Shown piece by piece: positions 1 through 13,277 of a stretch of DNA of 64,000 nucleotides. The position numbers and the translations under genes are program-made. The DNA comes from Parasitella parasitica NRRL 2501 (lineage: Eukaryota > Fungi > Mucoromycota), in assembly GCA_025201805.1 (NCBI GenBank), contig MU619261.1, positions 80,005 through 144,004 of the forward strand, given 5' to 3'. A model generated the notes under the pieces. That model saw nothing but the letters and a program-made list of their open reading frames with translations. It ran no database searches and was not told where the DNA came from. Every line of letters begins with the position of its first letter. The first letter of the stretch is position 1.

Positions 1-1437
1 TTTGCTGAACAATGCAAGGCGTACGCACACGTGGCAAACCTATGCTGGCCTTGACTTGAGTCAGACGATGACCTGCTGATTGGCGGTTATGCTTCTTGGT
101 GATGGTTGCTGGCAGTGATGTTGCTGGCGCTTCTGTTGCCATAGGAATTACTTGAAATGATGCTAAAGAAGGCGTGTGGTCAGCAGAAGGAGCCATATCT
201 ACTACGGACACAGCAGAAGGTGTTCGACTATGTGTTGGTTTTTTGATTGCGCCGTCGTTTATCGGGCTACTTCTGATGGAAGATGCGCGGGTTTGTGCCG
301 AGATAGAAGGTGCCAGAGCAACCCCAGCGCCTGCATTTATTTTCCCGTCATATGCTACTCGAGTAGAAGGTATTGGTAGCTTGTTGATTTATCAGTATTA
401 ATATATCGATTTTGATACTACCAAATCTATGCCAAACTTACATTTCTCGCCAACAGATTATCCTCACGATCTAAAATAACAATAATATCCTCGCCATTCA
501 CTAGCAATGGTGTATTTCTGGTGTAATTCATCCAAAGAGATACGCCTTCTCGAATTTTATCCCCGAGCTGTTGAATTTCATCCATATTATTTCGTCTTCT
601 TTGGCTCCTCATCAAGATGTTTCTTCGTTTCATATTGCTCTTTGCAGATAATGAGATCGTTTTAGCTATGTCCAGATCAACATAGGCCTTCTGCAGGACC
701 TCAAAATCATCTGTATCGAATGCAAAAAAAAAAAAAAAAAAAATTGATATCTATGCAGTATTACATAATTCAGACTAAACACTCACCCGTTGTCCCAACA
801 TTCGAGAAGAATTTGCCAGAATCTAACTCCAAATCCCTGAGAAGATTATTTAGTTTTCTCAATATGTGCTTGGTATCCGGTTTATATCTGATGCGTGTAG
901 TGAACAGCCGAGCATTACTCTAATGATAAGCAGTGTTACATGTAATATACCGTGTAAAAAGATGAGAAAATACAGTACGAGTCGCTTAGTTTCAACGCTT
1001 TCCATAGCGCTTCCACTGTTTGTGCTTGCAATAGAAGGCCGTCTCATCAAATTCTGCTTCATCTGTTGAGGATAGATGCTAGCAGCTGTTTTTATAGCTG
1101 AGTCAAGCGAAGCTTCTGCGTTGATGAGCAGACTTTCTTTGGAATTGTCGGCAGATAGGCCAAACTCTTTGAGCATAGCTTCAATTTGGGTGGTCGTAGA
1201 TTCTACGGTTGTGATGGCTTGGTTTGTGAGCTCCAACTGAGCCAGCAGCTCATTCAGTTCAGCGGTTTTAAGAGTGAGAATAGAACGAAGGTTAATGATG
1301 GTTTGAGTTCCTTCGTCTAACTTTGCTAAAAGCATATTCACAGCATCGCCATTGCTGGTGGCTCCTATTGGAGAAGTTTCCGATAGCATTTTGTTGCTGG
1401 CAGTAGCAGGTTGAGGATCGTAAGTCATGTCTATCAT
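1..1437 (-). CDS. Hypothetical multi-exon protein with N-terminal coiled coil; 3' end runs off the window
   Basis: ATG at 1437 (MIDMTYD) within ORF 859-1509; heptad-rich segment LKTAELNELLAQLELTNQ; further exon-like ORFs at 427-633 and below 380; no recognisable family. Confidence 0.6.
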
Positions 1438-1794
1438 TGTTTCTTCTGTGTTGCGATAAGAAAAAAAAATAAAAATAAAAAGAGCAAAAAGAGGTTGTGA
1501 ATTTTCCAAGTGCTCTCAAGTGAGCGAATTATATTTTGCCCAAGAAGAAAAAAAAAAATGATCAGCAACAAACAAAAGCTACAGACTAAAACAAAGAGAT
1601 TTTAGAATTAAATTTATATGAGAGTGTTGAATTTTTATTTAAATCAGAGTGTGTATATTGAGTGCATGTAATGGAGAAAGTTGTTGTTGTGTAGTATAAA
1701 TGCATGTTTTGTTAAATATGAAATATCACTTTCAGAAGATGGAGGAAAGTGGCAGGGGACGAGCATGTATTCTATTTATTTTTTTAAGCATTAT

Positions 1795-3753
1795 TTACAA
1801 CAACATTTTGAGAGGGTTCTCCATATATCCCTTGAAAGATTGCAACCAAGTGGCACCAACAGCACCGTCAACAACGCGGTGATCAGCACTCAAAGTGACC
1901 TCCATGACATTGCGAACGGCGAATCCGCTTTCAGTGGTCTCATCAGCAACAACCTTCTGCTGAGCACCTCCAACAGCCAAAATACATGATTGAGGAGGAT
2001 TGATGATGGCAGTAAAGTTGCTAACACCAAACATGCCAAGGTTGGAAATGGTGAAAGAGCCGCCTTGGTATTCTTGAGGCGACAATTTGCCGTCGCGAGC
2101 ACGAGTGGCCAAATCCTTGACTTGAGAAGAGATAGTAGACAAGCCCTTGGTTTCAGCAGCTGTGACAATGGGGGTGATGAGGCCAGCAGGAGTGGCAACA
2201 GCAACACAAATATCAGCAGACTTGTATTGTCTGATGAAATCTCCTTGCCAGGCAGCATTGACTTCAGGAACTGCCTTGAGGGCCAGGGCGGACGCCTTGA
2301 CTACGAAATCATTGACAGAAAGCTTATATTTGCCTTCCGCAGACTTGTTGAGGACTTCACGCAACTTGCTAGTCTTGTCCATGTTAATCTCAACAGTCAA
2401 GTAGTAGTGAGGAACTTGCTGCTTGGACTCGCTCAAGCGAGTTGCGATAATTTTCCTCATGCTGGTGGTAGGGATATCAGTGTAAGCTTCACCAGATGCA
2501 CCTTGAGGGGCATAAGCGGCAGGGATTTGCACGGTAGTGGCAGCACTGGCAGCAGGGGAAGAGGCAGCGGGGGCTATTGTTTCGAAAAGAAATGGATTAC
2601 CAATTGATATCCCATTGTTTTACATAATTCAGCTTACCCTTAAAGTTTTCAACATCTTCCTTTGAGATGATACCGCCGGGGCCGGAGCCCTTGACCTTGG
2701 AGATATCGAGACCACGCTCCTCAGCAATTTTCTAACGGAATAGATCAGTATTAATGCCGTCAAAATACACATATTTCGTGCGGTTAACTTACTCTCGCAA
2801 GAGGGCTAGCTAAAACACGACCACCATGAGAGGGAGTAGCGGAAGATTCGCTCTTAGTAGATTCGACCACAGGAGAAGCGGTTTCCTCAGACTTGGCCTC
2901 AGACTTGGGGGCCTCTTCAGCAGCTGCAGGAGCAGGAGAATTGCCTTGAGCATCAGCAGCAGTAAAGTTTTCGAAAGCTGCAACATCAGCCTCATCATCA
3001 ACAAAGATAGCAATGGGCTAATAAGCAAAAAAAAAATCAATCCCAATGTCTCCCGATTATTTCTCAAATGCAACTTACCTGGCCAACAGCAACATCCTTA
3101 GCACCAGTGTCTACCAAGACTTTAGCAAGGAAACCTTCTTCTTGACACTCAAAGTCCATTTGAGCTTTATCGGTCTCAATTTCTACCAAGACATCGCCAG
3201 GTTGGATCTCATCACCAACCTTCTTTTGCCAGGTACCGATACCACCAGAAGTCATACTAACATTCACGACAAGTCAGCTACTGTTACTGCCTTGCAATCT
3301 TAATCAACAACTTACGTAGGAGACAAAGCAGGCATGGCAATGACGTTGTGAGAAGGGAAGGCTGCAGCAAGAGGAGAGTCGTTTTAGTTTTCCGAATTCG
3401 GTTCCGAGTTACATGTAGCAAATCACACTTACAAGATGAGCTATAAAGTCTAGAGTCTTTTACAGAAACTTGGTTGCCCAATGTACGGAGAGCAATGAAT
3501 CTGGGAGCACTATATCATAAGAGTCTTTAATTCAATACTCTTCAAACTAAAGCGAATTCAAAATTCGGGACAGGATTGAAAATTATCCCCACATTTTCTG
3601 GTCATATTCTTTTTTTTTTTTTTTTTCTTACCTTGATGAAGTGAAAGCGCGAGTAGCGGCATGCTTGACAAGAACAGGGGTGGTTCTAGTAGCTGTAATG
3701 CGAGCAGTGGAGGCAATTCCTCTCATAACTTGGCGTCTAATGGCAGCGGACAT
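1795..3753 (-). CDS. LAT1: Pyruvate dehydrogenase E2, dihydrolipoamide acetyltransferase (mitochondrial)
   Basis: Mitochondrial-type presequence [11 protein letters not shown]; lipoyl motif [12 protein letters not shown]; catalytic DHRVVDGA; multi-exon. Confidence 0.96.
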
Positions 3754-4443
3754 TGTCTGTAAATGTAGCAAAATAAATAAAGAGAAAAGTAGAAGAAACA
3801 AGGGGGAAAGTGAAAGAAGAGAAGATCAAAACAATAATTGAAGTTTTAAAGCTGGAAAACCCAGGATATCTCGGTTAAAATGGACCCCAAAACTGACGCT
3901 TTGGAAAGATCATTCGTGACTCCTTTAGCGGATCTTTTCGTATGCTAATGATTGTATTCCTGGAAGCATTTTGGCCCTAAAATACTTTTCTCAAGATGAA
4001 AAGCTTTTATGTTTTTCCTAATTTGTTTGATTCCAATTTATATATTCTGCTTGATCATTTCAAATCTGAGGACCCCTTATTCCCCGGATTTATCTTTTCT
4101 TTCAGTGATTTTTGTTTTGTTCTTTCTGATCCAGAAAATTTTAGCATCTTGTCCCAAAATTTGGCTTGAGTTGAGAGCTCATTTTACGTCAATCTCTGCT
4201 GTTGCAGCATTCAATTTGGTCGTTTGACAAATGATTTCATGAAATCTGGAAACTGTGCTCGAGTTCCCATTGGCCATGGGCAAAGGAAGACCTTTGATGC
4301 AGCGCACTTGAGAGTGATGACGTCTAGTGAAGGGAGATGTTGAAGCCTAATTTCGGTTTCCCCTGTTGAAATATATTATTTTTATTTCATCCAAACCTTT
4401 CTCCACCTTTTTTATTCCTTCAACCTAATAAAATACATTAAAA

Positions 4444-4710
4444 ATGGCAGGTCACTACGTTATCGCTGGTAAAACAATCCCCAACCACAAGGTAATAGCT
4501 TATCCAACATATGATGTAAACCAATCACTCACATATTCGCAGATTGCCATGTTCTTCATTGGCGGTTATGCTGCTCTTGGAGCAGCTGCCATCTTGAAGC
4601 CCAAGGCTCCTCAAGCTGCCACTCCTCCTATTCAAGCCAGCTCTTCTGATGAAGAAGCTTTCATCCGCGAATTCCTCCAAAAGGCCGAGGCTGACGAGAA
4701 GAAGAACTAA
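4444..4710 (+). CDS. ATP19: Mitochondrial ATP synthase subunit k
   Basis: MAGHYVIAGKTIPNHK, hydrophobic helix, then ASSSDEEAFIREFL; resembles fungal Atp19; one intron 4492-4542. Confidence 0.85.
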   Translation: MAGHYVIAGKTIPNHKVIAYPTYDVNQSLTYSQIAMFFIGGYAALGAAAILKPKAPQAATPPIQASSSDEEAFIREFLQKAEADEKKN

Positions 4711-6446
4711 ATTTATTTTTCCCAAGTAAAAATAAAACAAATGAACGCTATACACTTCAGCAATACTATATATACGTATACACAATCAATCGCTCGGTAT
4801 AAGATTTCGTTTTCAATGGAGTTCGACATTAACTGTAGTAATGTAGTTTAGGATTTATAATTATGTCTTGACATTTCTTAGGGGGGTTGTATTTGAGTTA
4901 CTAGCATAGGTCATGGCAATTGACGGGGTATGCTCGAAATTTCTCGAGTATAATGCAAGCGCAACTTTATTTGTGTCAGATATGTGCATTTTGACATTTG
5001 ATTGCTAGATTATGTTGATTGTAATAATGTCACATTTTTTATTTGGACCCGCTTAAAGTGTCGTGTTGATCAAATAAATGTAATGTACGCACGTATTATC
5101 AGATGGAGCATTATCTTTAGGATGTCATTTATCCAACAAATCACTTTTCTCTTCATTGTGGCTACAATTACCAATTAGGTACTATTTCAAGCCCTTCTGC
5201 TTTCGATCTTGAACATTTACAGTTTATCATGAAAAAAAAAGCTCGAATTCAACGCTTTTTGGGCATCATTTTTTTTCGCTCACTCAGTTTGCTAACATTA
5301 GCATGATAATCCTACGAAAAATGAACACTTTTAACGAAATAAAGAGCATTCAATGTATTACATAATCAAATAGAAATCTGTGTCGATTCAGTCTGTAATT
5401 GACAAAAAAAAAAATATGTCGACTATGGTCCCAAAAACTAGCAATTGTCTTTTCAAGAAAAAAATTGCTTACAATCCTGAAAATCAGACAGTCTAAAGTA
5501 TGCCAAACAAAGAGAAATACTGAGAACAAAGAAGGAGTATGGCATGACAGTAATTTCCAGCTTTTCATATATACCCGATGTCTCCAAGGTCATACATTCA
5601 TTAAATTACTGCCAGTTAATAATATTCATACATCAAAAAAGCAAACTCGCCCCACTGCTTTGTACGACATTCGAATAATCTTTGATAATTTGGTACATTG
5701 TTGAACATTTTACTTGAAATCAGCTGGTGTGTATGCGGAATGGGCACGATTTATTTAATTTTTAAGAACGCAAAAATGAAGATCATGCGATTAAACTGGT
5801 TGATTATTTTCCAGGGGCCGTTAAGCAGGATGATAAGAATTATTTGACATATTGTATATGCCAAAGTAATGGAACATCATCAGACATTTCTTAATATTGA
5901 GAGATGTATCATACTATAAACGCCACTTTGAAGTAAATCGAGGCCCTTCTCCTACTGCGGCTTTCGTAAAACAGTGTGTATGTTGGTCTTTCTACGTACA
6001 AATGAAGTTAATATATTTATATACACATAATTTTTGACTTTGCTATGTGATGATGAAAGGTGGTGGAACATGCATTTATGGAAGCACAATTGATTTATCT
6101 ACATGAGCATATGTATATGGCGGCAGAAATGCATTTAGCTTCCCTTTGGGTTCTGTTCATTTGAAAGCAAGAAACTCTTAATTTAATGGCTCAGTAATGG
6201 CGCTGTTCCGGTACCTTGATTCACAAGGTGAAAACGAAGAAGCTCACCCTTATGATCATGAGCAAAATTTGATGGATCCAGTGTCGCTTTCTGTTTTAAC
6301 CATGTGATGGTATAGTTTCGACATGAAGCTCCTTTTCACTTCCTTTAAAAAGGCAACAAAATACTCTTAACTTCTCAAGTTTTAAGCTTGATATTCAGTT
6401 AACCCTTTCCTTAGAACCACATATACTTTTTTCATTCACAACTCAT

Positions 6447-7076
6447 ATGAATTTCTTTATTTACATCCCTCTTTTTGCACTTGCAGTTGCACATCTTATT
6501 AATGTCACCAATGCATTCGAAATCCGTGGTCGCGGCATTGCCACCATTATGGAATTCAATACTAGTCCTAATATTAGCCCTGCTGGAGTTTTGCAAAGAC
6601 GCGGTCGTGGTACTTGGTAAATTTCTAGTTTACTCAAAGCAGTAGGACTTCACTGACAGTAACATTGGTTATATTAGGTACGACGGCGATGATTTGGGGG
6701 ACGCTGCTTGCTATGGACGTAATGGTCTTCCCTCATTCGATGCCAAAGAATCCCATATGATTGGGGCTATGGTAAGAAGTATACTGTGTTTACAAGCATC
6801 TGTTAACCATATCCATAGGCAATGAACGGGTTTGAAAACTGCTATAAATGTATGAAGATTACGAACAACAAGGACAAAAAAAAGACCGTTGTTGTCAAGA
6901 TTGTTGACAAGTGTGCCGGTTGCCAGGTTGGGAAGGCAATTGACTTGACTCCTGCTGCATTCAAGAAACTTCATAGTGATCTTAACACAGGTGTTCTTGA
7001 CATCTCTTGGAAAATCGTCGATTGTCCTAGTAGTATCAACAACATGATGCCTAAAAAAAAATCCAAGGAAGACTGA
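6447..7076 (+). CDS. Secreted RlpA-like/expansin-like DPBB protein, paralog 1
   Basis: Signal peptide MNFFIYIPLFALAVAHL, dibasic QRR, GRGTWY, AACY, VVVKIVDKCAGC, IDLTPAAF, GVLDISW; 3 exons. Confidence 0.85.
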
Positions 7077-8051
7077 GCTTTTCAGTAAATCAGACTTGAA
7101 ATGTTTTTAGATAACCCAAATAAATAAAATAAAGCATATTTATACTTGCCATGTACTTCTATTGTTGTTTTTTCTCAAACTACGCTTGTTATGATTTTCT
7201 TTGCTAATGATAACACCATAAATATGAATTGACTGTATTTTTGGCTTATATGATATTGTAGGAAGAGTGCAGATATGGAATATTATTAAATAAGCCATTT
7301 ATGCTATTTTATTAATTTTTTCATTGACTTGCTTGGTTTTCAGCAAAACCAGATTCGCAATAATTTCTCAATTGATCCATTTTGAAGGAATGCCCAACTG
7401 CTTACTCTAAATACTATCCGTCTTTTTTATCATCTTACGAGTACTGGCAAATAAGAGACGTATCAAGTCATTTCGAAGCAAAGAAAGAACCGGTAGAATA
7501 AGCACATTACTATCCTTTAATGGTCAAATTCTAGACCTTTACTTTCCTACGGTTATTGGATGTGAAGTAATATTTTAGTACAGTCATGCTGTTTAAGGTT
7601 TCTAGTTCCACAGACTTCCTCACCTTAACATTAATGAAGCATTATGTTATACATTTGCATTTATACGATGGCTAAATTTGTGAAAACCTCAATATATGAG
7701 AGAATACATTACCCATTTCTTAAAGTATTCATTTTCTTGTTGCATTTGTATAGAAAAAAAAATGAGTAACTCATTGTGTTTATTGGTTCACAGTGAACAT
7801 AGTTTCTAGGCCTTCACTTTGCAAGGTAAAAATCAATTTAGTAGTTCTTTATGATCATCAGCAAAGTATGATAGCTTCATTGTCGTTTTTAAACCTTGTG
7901 ATAGTGTAATCTCTGTATGAGGGTCCCATTTTCATCTCTCTTGTTAAAAGGCGAAGATAATCGCCTGTTTTCATGTGTTTTCTTGATTTTACAATCTTGA
8001 TATTTTTCAACCATTTTAAAGCCTTATAAACTTTTCTCATCCACATTTTAA

Positions 8052-8678
8052 ATGAAGTGTTTTGTTTATATGTCTCTCTGTGCATTTTTAATTGCATTGC
8101 TCATTACTAACACCAAAGCGTTCAACATTCGTGGCCATGGTGTTGCCACTGTTATGAAATTCGATAATTCTGCTGTCACTAGCGCTTTAGAAAAACGTGG
8201 CGGCGGCCGTGGTACCTGGTAAAATCAGCTTGTCTCTCAACACATTATATTCCTCCTTAACAGCATTTTTCGATTTTAATGTATTGCTAGGTACACCGGT
8301 GGTGACTTGAAGAACGCGGCTTGTTTTGGCCGTAAAGGTCGCCCTGATTTTACCCCTAAAGCTTCAGATATGATTGGGGCTATGGTAAATGAGATATCTT
8401 GTACCAATAAGCATTGTCTAACATGAGATCTATAGAAAATGCACGGATTCGAAAACTGTGACAAATGTATGAAGGTTACCAACACCGAGAACAAAAACAC
8501 TGTTATTGTCAAGATTGTTGATAAATGTGCTGGCTGCGATAACAATAGCGCAATCGATTTAACTCCTGCTGCATTCAAAAAGCTTGAAAAAGACCTCGGT
8601 GAGGGTGTTCTTAAAATCTCCTGGAAGGTTGTCGATTGTCCTAGTAACATTGAAGATATTGGGCCTAATGATGATTAA
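8052..8678 (+). CDS. Secreted RlpA-like/expansin-like DPBB protein, paralog 2
   Basis: Signal peptide, EKR, GRGTWY, IVDKCAGC, IDLTPAAF; same intron positions as paralog 1. Confidence 0.85.
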
Positions 8679-9606
8679 GCGGATACACACTAAAATATGC
8701 CTAGATGGTACACTTTCTTACCTCACTAATCTAATATAATAGTCTTTTTCTTTCGTATATGCTTGAATAAATGACAATAAAAGCTTTTAGAAACTCATTT
8801 CATAATATCCTGATAGTTCTAGAGGCATTCAACAAAAAAGTAATACATATCAGCAAACGGATGTACCCCTTGTAAAATACAGTTTCATTCAAATTGATCA
8901 AAGTCTTCAATTCATAATGATCCGCTATCTTTTTTAACTGTTTTTAGGCAAATATGCTGTCCTGGCATAAGTATATAAATTTCAATCTGTTGTTTACTTG
9001 CTCTTCGCTATTGGAAATCATTACGCATGATTAATATCTGGATTACATAAATAACTTTAGAGACCTGATGTTATCAAGAATAACAATCTTCATCACCTTG
9101 GCTTGATTGTAGAATTAATAAAGAATAAATTTCCAGAGATCATCCCCAAAATATCTACAATTATTCTATAATTAATCTCTTTTTAGGTATGATTCTATAA
9201 GCTTCTTGATACCAGGACATCTATTAGTGTTACTCTTTACTTCTATCAGTTTATAAGAAGTTAATTCATACATGGGCATATAGTAGCTTAAATACGTCAA
9301 CTAAATTCTTTAGTGTTGTTTGTTTGAGCAACTGTTGCATTTTGCTTTTCTAAATATGGATAAAAAACAAGCTGTTGTTCATTGTGAGTTCAGTGTTTAA
9401 TCAACAGTTCATTGTAATCATCAGCAACAAACTATTCACGGTTTCATTGTGTCCATTGTTTTGGGCATGGTGGTAACACAACAGGAATATCATTTTTGTT
9501 AAAAGGCAAGTACAATTTTTCGTCTTCTTCTTTTCTTGACCTTTAATCTTGTTCTTCAACTAATCTTTTCATCAAAGCCCAATCCATTCCTTAATTCACA
9601 TCTCAA

Positions 9607-10311
9607 ATGAAGTTTGTTACTTGTATCTCTCTTTGTACACTTGTAATTTTATCTCTTGTTAAAGCTTCAAAGGCATTTGATATGCATGACCCTAATGACG
9701 CCACTGCATACTTGAATCTTACTGATATCAATACTGGTATTTTGGAAAAGCGTTATAAAAGACCAGAGTTTCGCGGTACCTGGTAAAATCAAGTTTCATG
9801 AAATCATTGGAACCTTTGCTGACACATTTTTGGTTTTATTAGGTACGACGGCGAGGATTTAAGGAACGCTGCTTGCTATGAACGTAATGGTCTTCCACAA
9901 TTCCATGCTAAAGACTCTTATATGATTGGTGCTATGGTAAGGGAATCTTGTAGGAGCTACATTTATAAAAATTCACTAACCCGATACTCATAGAAAATGC
10001 ACAAGTTTGAAAACTGCTACAAATGCATGAAAATTACTAACAAAAAGAACAAGAAGTCCATTGTTGTCAAGATTGTTGACCATTGCGCTGGCTGTATAGT
10101 CGGTAAAGACATCGATTTGACCAAGACAGCATTCAGAAAGCTTGAAAGCAATTTAGATGTTGGTGAGCTTGACCTCTCCTGGAAGGTTACCGATTGTCCC
10201 AGTGATATCTATCCTCAAATGGGCCCTCATAAAGACTCTGGAAAGTCCAAAAAGCCCAATAAATCTCACAAATCCAAGAAATCGAACAAAGCTCACAAGT
10301 CGAAAAAGTAG
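9607..10311 (+). CDS. Secreted RlpA-like/expansin-like DPBB protein, paralog 3 (Lys-rich tail)
   Basis: Signal peptide, EKR, RGTWY, IVDHCAGC, IDLTKTAF; C-terminal KSKKPNKSHKSKKSNKAHKSKK. Confidence 0.85.
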
Positions 10312-10806
10312 AAGCCAAAAATTCAAAAAAAGGCCCTTAAAAAAAAAGCTCTAGAGAATCCAGAAAGCATCAAGCACTTCATGCTTCCCATGTTCATAAA
10401 CTTATTAATAGCTTTCTTTTCGTAAATACTCTGTATCATTTTTTTTTTCATTTGAATAAATAACATGTAAAAAGTACTTTTTCATTATTAATGATTTACA
10501 CTCGGCCTTGGCAATCCTACTTGTTAATATTTTCATAGGCTTTATAAATCCGTATGGCCTTAACATAAGAAAAGCCTAGTAGTATATGATTCATTGTGCT
10601 ATGTCTGTTATAAATTATGTGACGATAATTTGAGACAATAACAAATTAAATAATTTCATTGTGCAAAAATTCACTTTATGTTTGCGTGTTTTTCTTCGAG
10701 TATCGTTCATGAGTTTTGCTATTTATATCTTTGTACCATTACGCATATTTATTGGTGTATTTATTCATACCCATATTAATAATTTAGCCCTTTTGACACC
10801 ATAATA

Positions 10807-12484
10807 CAGTCGTTACGGAAATCATTGTCGTTCTTTTTTCAGAAAATTGTCGTTCTTTTAAAAATACATTGTCGCTGATTGAATATAAATTGTCGTTTTA
10901 TAATTTTGATTTGTCGTTATGAGTTGGTTAAATTGTCGTTTTAAGAAAGGTTATATTGTCGTTTTTGTTTCTGCCTTTTACTGGATCGTATTTTTCTTTT
11001 ATTCAAATTACAATGTCAAGTGTTTTTTATTATGAAGATGGACAAGATAACCTTTACGATGAGAATGGGATGAAAGTAGATGATCCCATGGAAGATGTCC
11101 TGACTGAAGTCAATGACCCCAACATTGTCTTGGAAACACTAACTAATCAGAATACGTACTTTGATCAAAAGCCTCTCGAGAAGCTAGTTGTAGACAAAGT
11201 AACAAATGGTGTTAAATCAGAAAAACGTACAACTACAGTCTCCGTTTACACGAATTATAGCGATAAAGAAAGAGAACAGTTTATTGATAAAATGATTGAG
11301 TGTGCACAAGAAAAGGGAGTATGGGAATTAATGTTCGAAATGCACAAAGATGGTGGAAACAGTACAGAGAAGACGGCACCATGCCATACAAAAAAAACAG
11401 TGAAATGAAAGGTCGTCCTAGTACTTTTACCGAGGAGCATGATAGTTTCCTCATCAAATTGATAGACAACGATCCCCAAATCATTGTCAGTGATATTATG
11501 GAGATGTTGATTGTAGAATTTGAGGGTTTCAGCATTTCTAACTCTCAACTTAACCATCATTTGAAAAATGATTTATGCCTTACCATGAAGAAAGCTACCC
11601 TCGAAGCAGAAGCAAGAAATTCACCAGAAAACTTGCAGGAAAGATTCGATTGGTTTATGAAATGGAAAGACTCTGATCTCGACTTCACAAGAAATTGTGT
11701 CTTCATAGATGAGGCCGGCTTTCATGTGAATATGCGATTTAATTATGCAAGATCTGCTGCTGGAACTCGTGCCCGTGTTAAAACCGAAAAAACTAGAACA
11801 CCTTCGCATACAATCATTGGTGCCATTCACTCAGGCAGTGTCCTTCTTGTTCAGTTAAGAAAACCTCCTTCTAAGAAGGAACTACTGGGTCAACAAACCC
11901 CTAAAAAGCGGAAAACAACTATTAAAGGGGTAAAGAGAGCTGCCTCACCACCACCAGAGGATAAAGCTAATCCCCCTAAAGGTACTACTACCGCTCACTT
12001 CATTAAGTTTATAAACGAGTTACTTGATGTAATGGACTTGGATGAGAAGTTAAAAGGATGTTATCTGGTACTAGACAACGCATCAACTCATAAATCGCAG
12101 CCGATGAAGCGGAAGATTGAGAAGAGAGGATACAAATTGATGCATTTACCGCCCTATTCACCAGAGCTAAATCCTATAGAGCAATTTTGGGCTTTAGTTA
12201 AGAGAAAACTTAAACGAGATCGTATGATGAGTGAAGAGAACCTATCCAGTAGAATTGCCGATGCATGTAATCAAGTTTTGATTAGTGACCTTTACGGTTT
12301 CGCTAATCACTCTAAACATCAAATTAGAAATTGTTTTAATAAAACCCCTATGTAATCGTTCCATCTGCTGTTTTTTTTAGAGATATACTGTTGTCATCAA
12401 AGTTAAAAATTAAGACGAAAATACAGATAACTAAAAATGACAATATAACCTTTCTTAAAACGACAATGACTTCCGTAACGACTG
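10807..12484 (+). mobile_element. Tc1/IS630-family DNA transposon, copy A (1678 bp)
   Basis: TIRs CAGTCGTTACGGAA(A/G)TCATTGTCGTT; TA on both sides; repeated subterminal TTGTCGTT motifs; transposase ORF. Confidence 0.93.
11013..12355 (+). pseudogene. DD34E Tc1 transposase split by a frameshift near 11310-11320
   Basis: FIDEAGF, LDNASTH and PPYSPELNPIE with 34 aa between the second D and E; N-terminal ORF (MSSVFYYEDGQ) is in a different frame from the HTH/DDE ORF. Confidence 0.8.
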
Positions 12485-12656
12485 TATTCGCACAAAAAAA
12501 AAAAAAATTGGGTCAAAATTTGAGAACCAATTCGCGCACGCCTGGAACAAAAATGAACCATATCGTAAAGTTGGTGAGATTCCAGAGTAACAAATATACA
12601 AACCAAAGATCCGGTGCTGATGTTTATGTGGAGCTTACAGCAATGTTTGTTCTTTA
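12485..12656. repeat. 172-bp non-Tc1 inner part of the left arm; inverted copy at 15762-15933
   Basis: TATTCGCACA14TTGGGTC...GTTCTTTA is mirrored, including the same 14-nt homopolymer. Confidence 0.9.
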
Positions 12657-13156
12657 ACATATTATTAATTAGAACGGAGTGTACAGCTAAAAAATCGCCT
12701 TTTTTGGATTTCGAATCTCCTAATTTGATTGATTCAAGCTATTTCGCCCGACTTTCAACATGATTTATTCTGTTGAAAGAGTTCTTATTTCAAATCAAAA
12801 TACACGACCATTTATTTCACGCTTTGTTGCTTACGCGCATATTTTTTTTATAGTTTTCTAAAACTTCTATATATTTTTAATTAGTTTTTGAAAATGAGAT
12901 ATACTTGATTTAACGCCGACTTCTCAAAAATTCGAAACTTGAATGGGAATTACAAAACCAAACAAAGCATTTATACACTCTATTCCTCGCTGGATTGTGT
13001 TTATTTTGCCGTGTTCTTGTCACCGATATAGATTTTATAAAATCAATATACAACAAAAAAATGTGCTCTTCGATAATAAATCAATAAGGTCTTATTTATT
13101 TTATTATAATGATATTTATATCACCCCAGCGCTAGCATTGATAGTCCTTGTACTAG
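12657..13156. mobile_element. Helitron-related fragment inside the composite element
   Basis: 12657-13019 aligns by eye with about 52272-52608 in the Helitron (for example TTCGCCCGACTTTCAACAT and AACGCCGACTTCTC); imperfect palindrome CAGCGCTAGCATTG followed by CTAG|T at 13153-13157. Confidence 0.55.
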
Positions 13157-13277
13157 TAAGAGTTTAATATCACTAAGCTTTTTCCGCTTGACTTTGATTT
13201 TATAGTAGCCCAAATCTGTCCAATGAAATTGAGTCTGGAGTATTAGGAGAAAGGAGCAATTAATAAAAATTAATAGA

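Noticed and set aside
1795-4710. Divergent LAT1/ATP19 pair, with ATP1 in the same window, as a mitochondrial gene cluster
   Set aside because: Could be chance in a gene-dense genome; no shared regulatory motif identified.
12391-12660. ORFs across the Tc1 3' TIR and the 172-bp extension (mirrored at 15752-16027)
   Set aside because: They span TIR and poly-A sequence, have non-ATG or weak starts and show no protein features.
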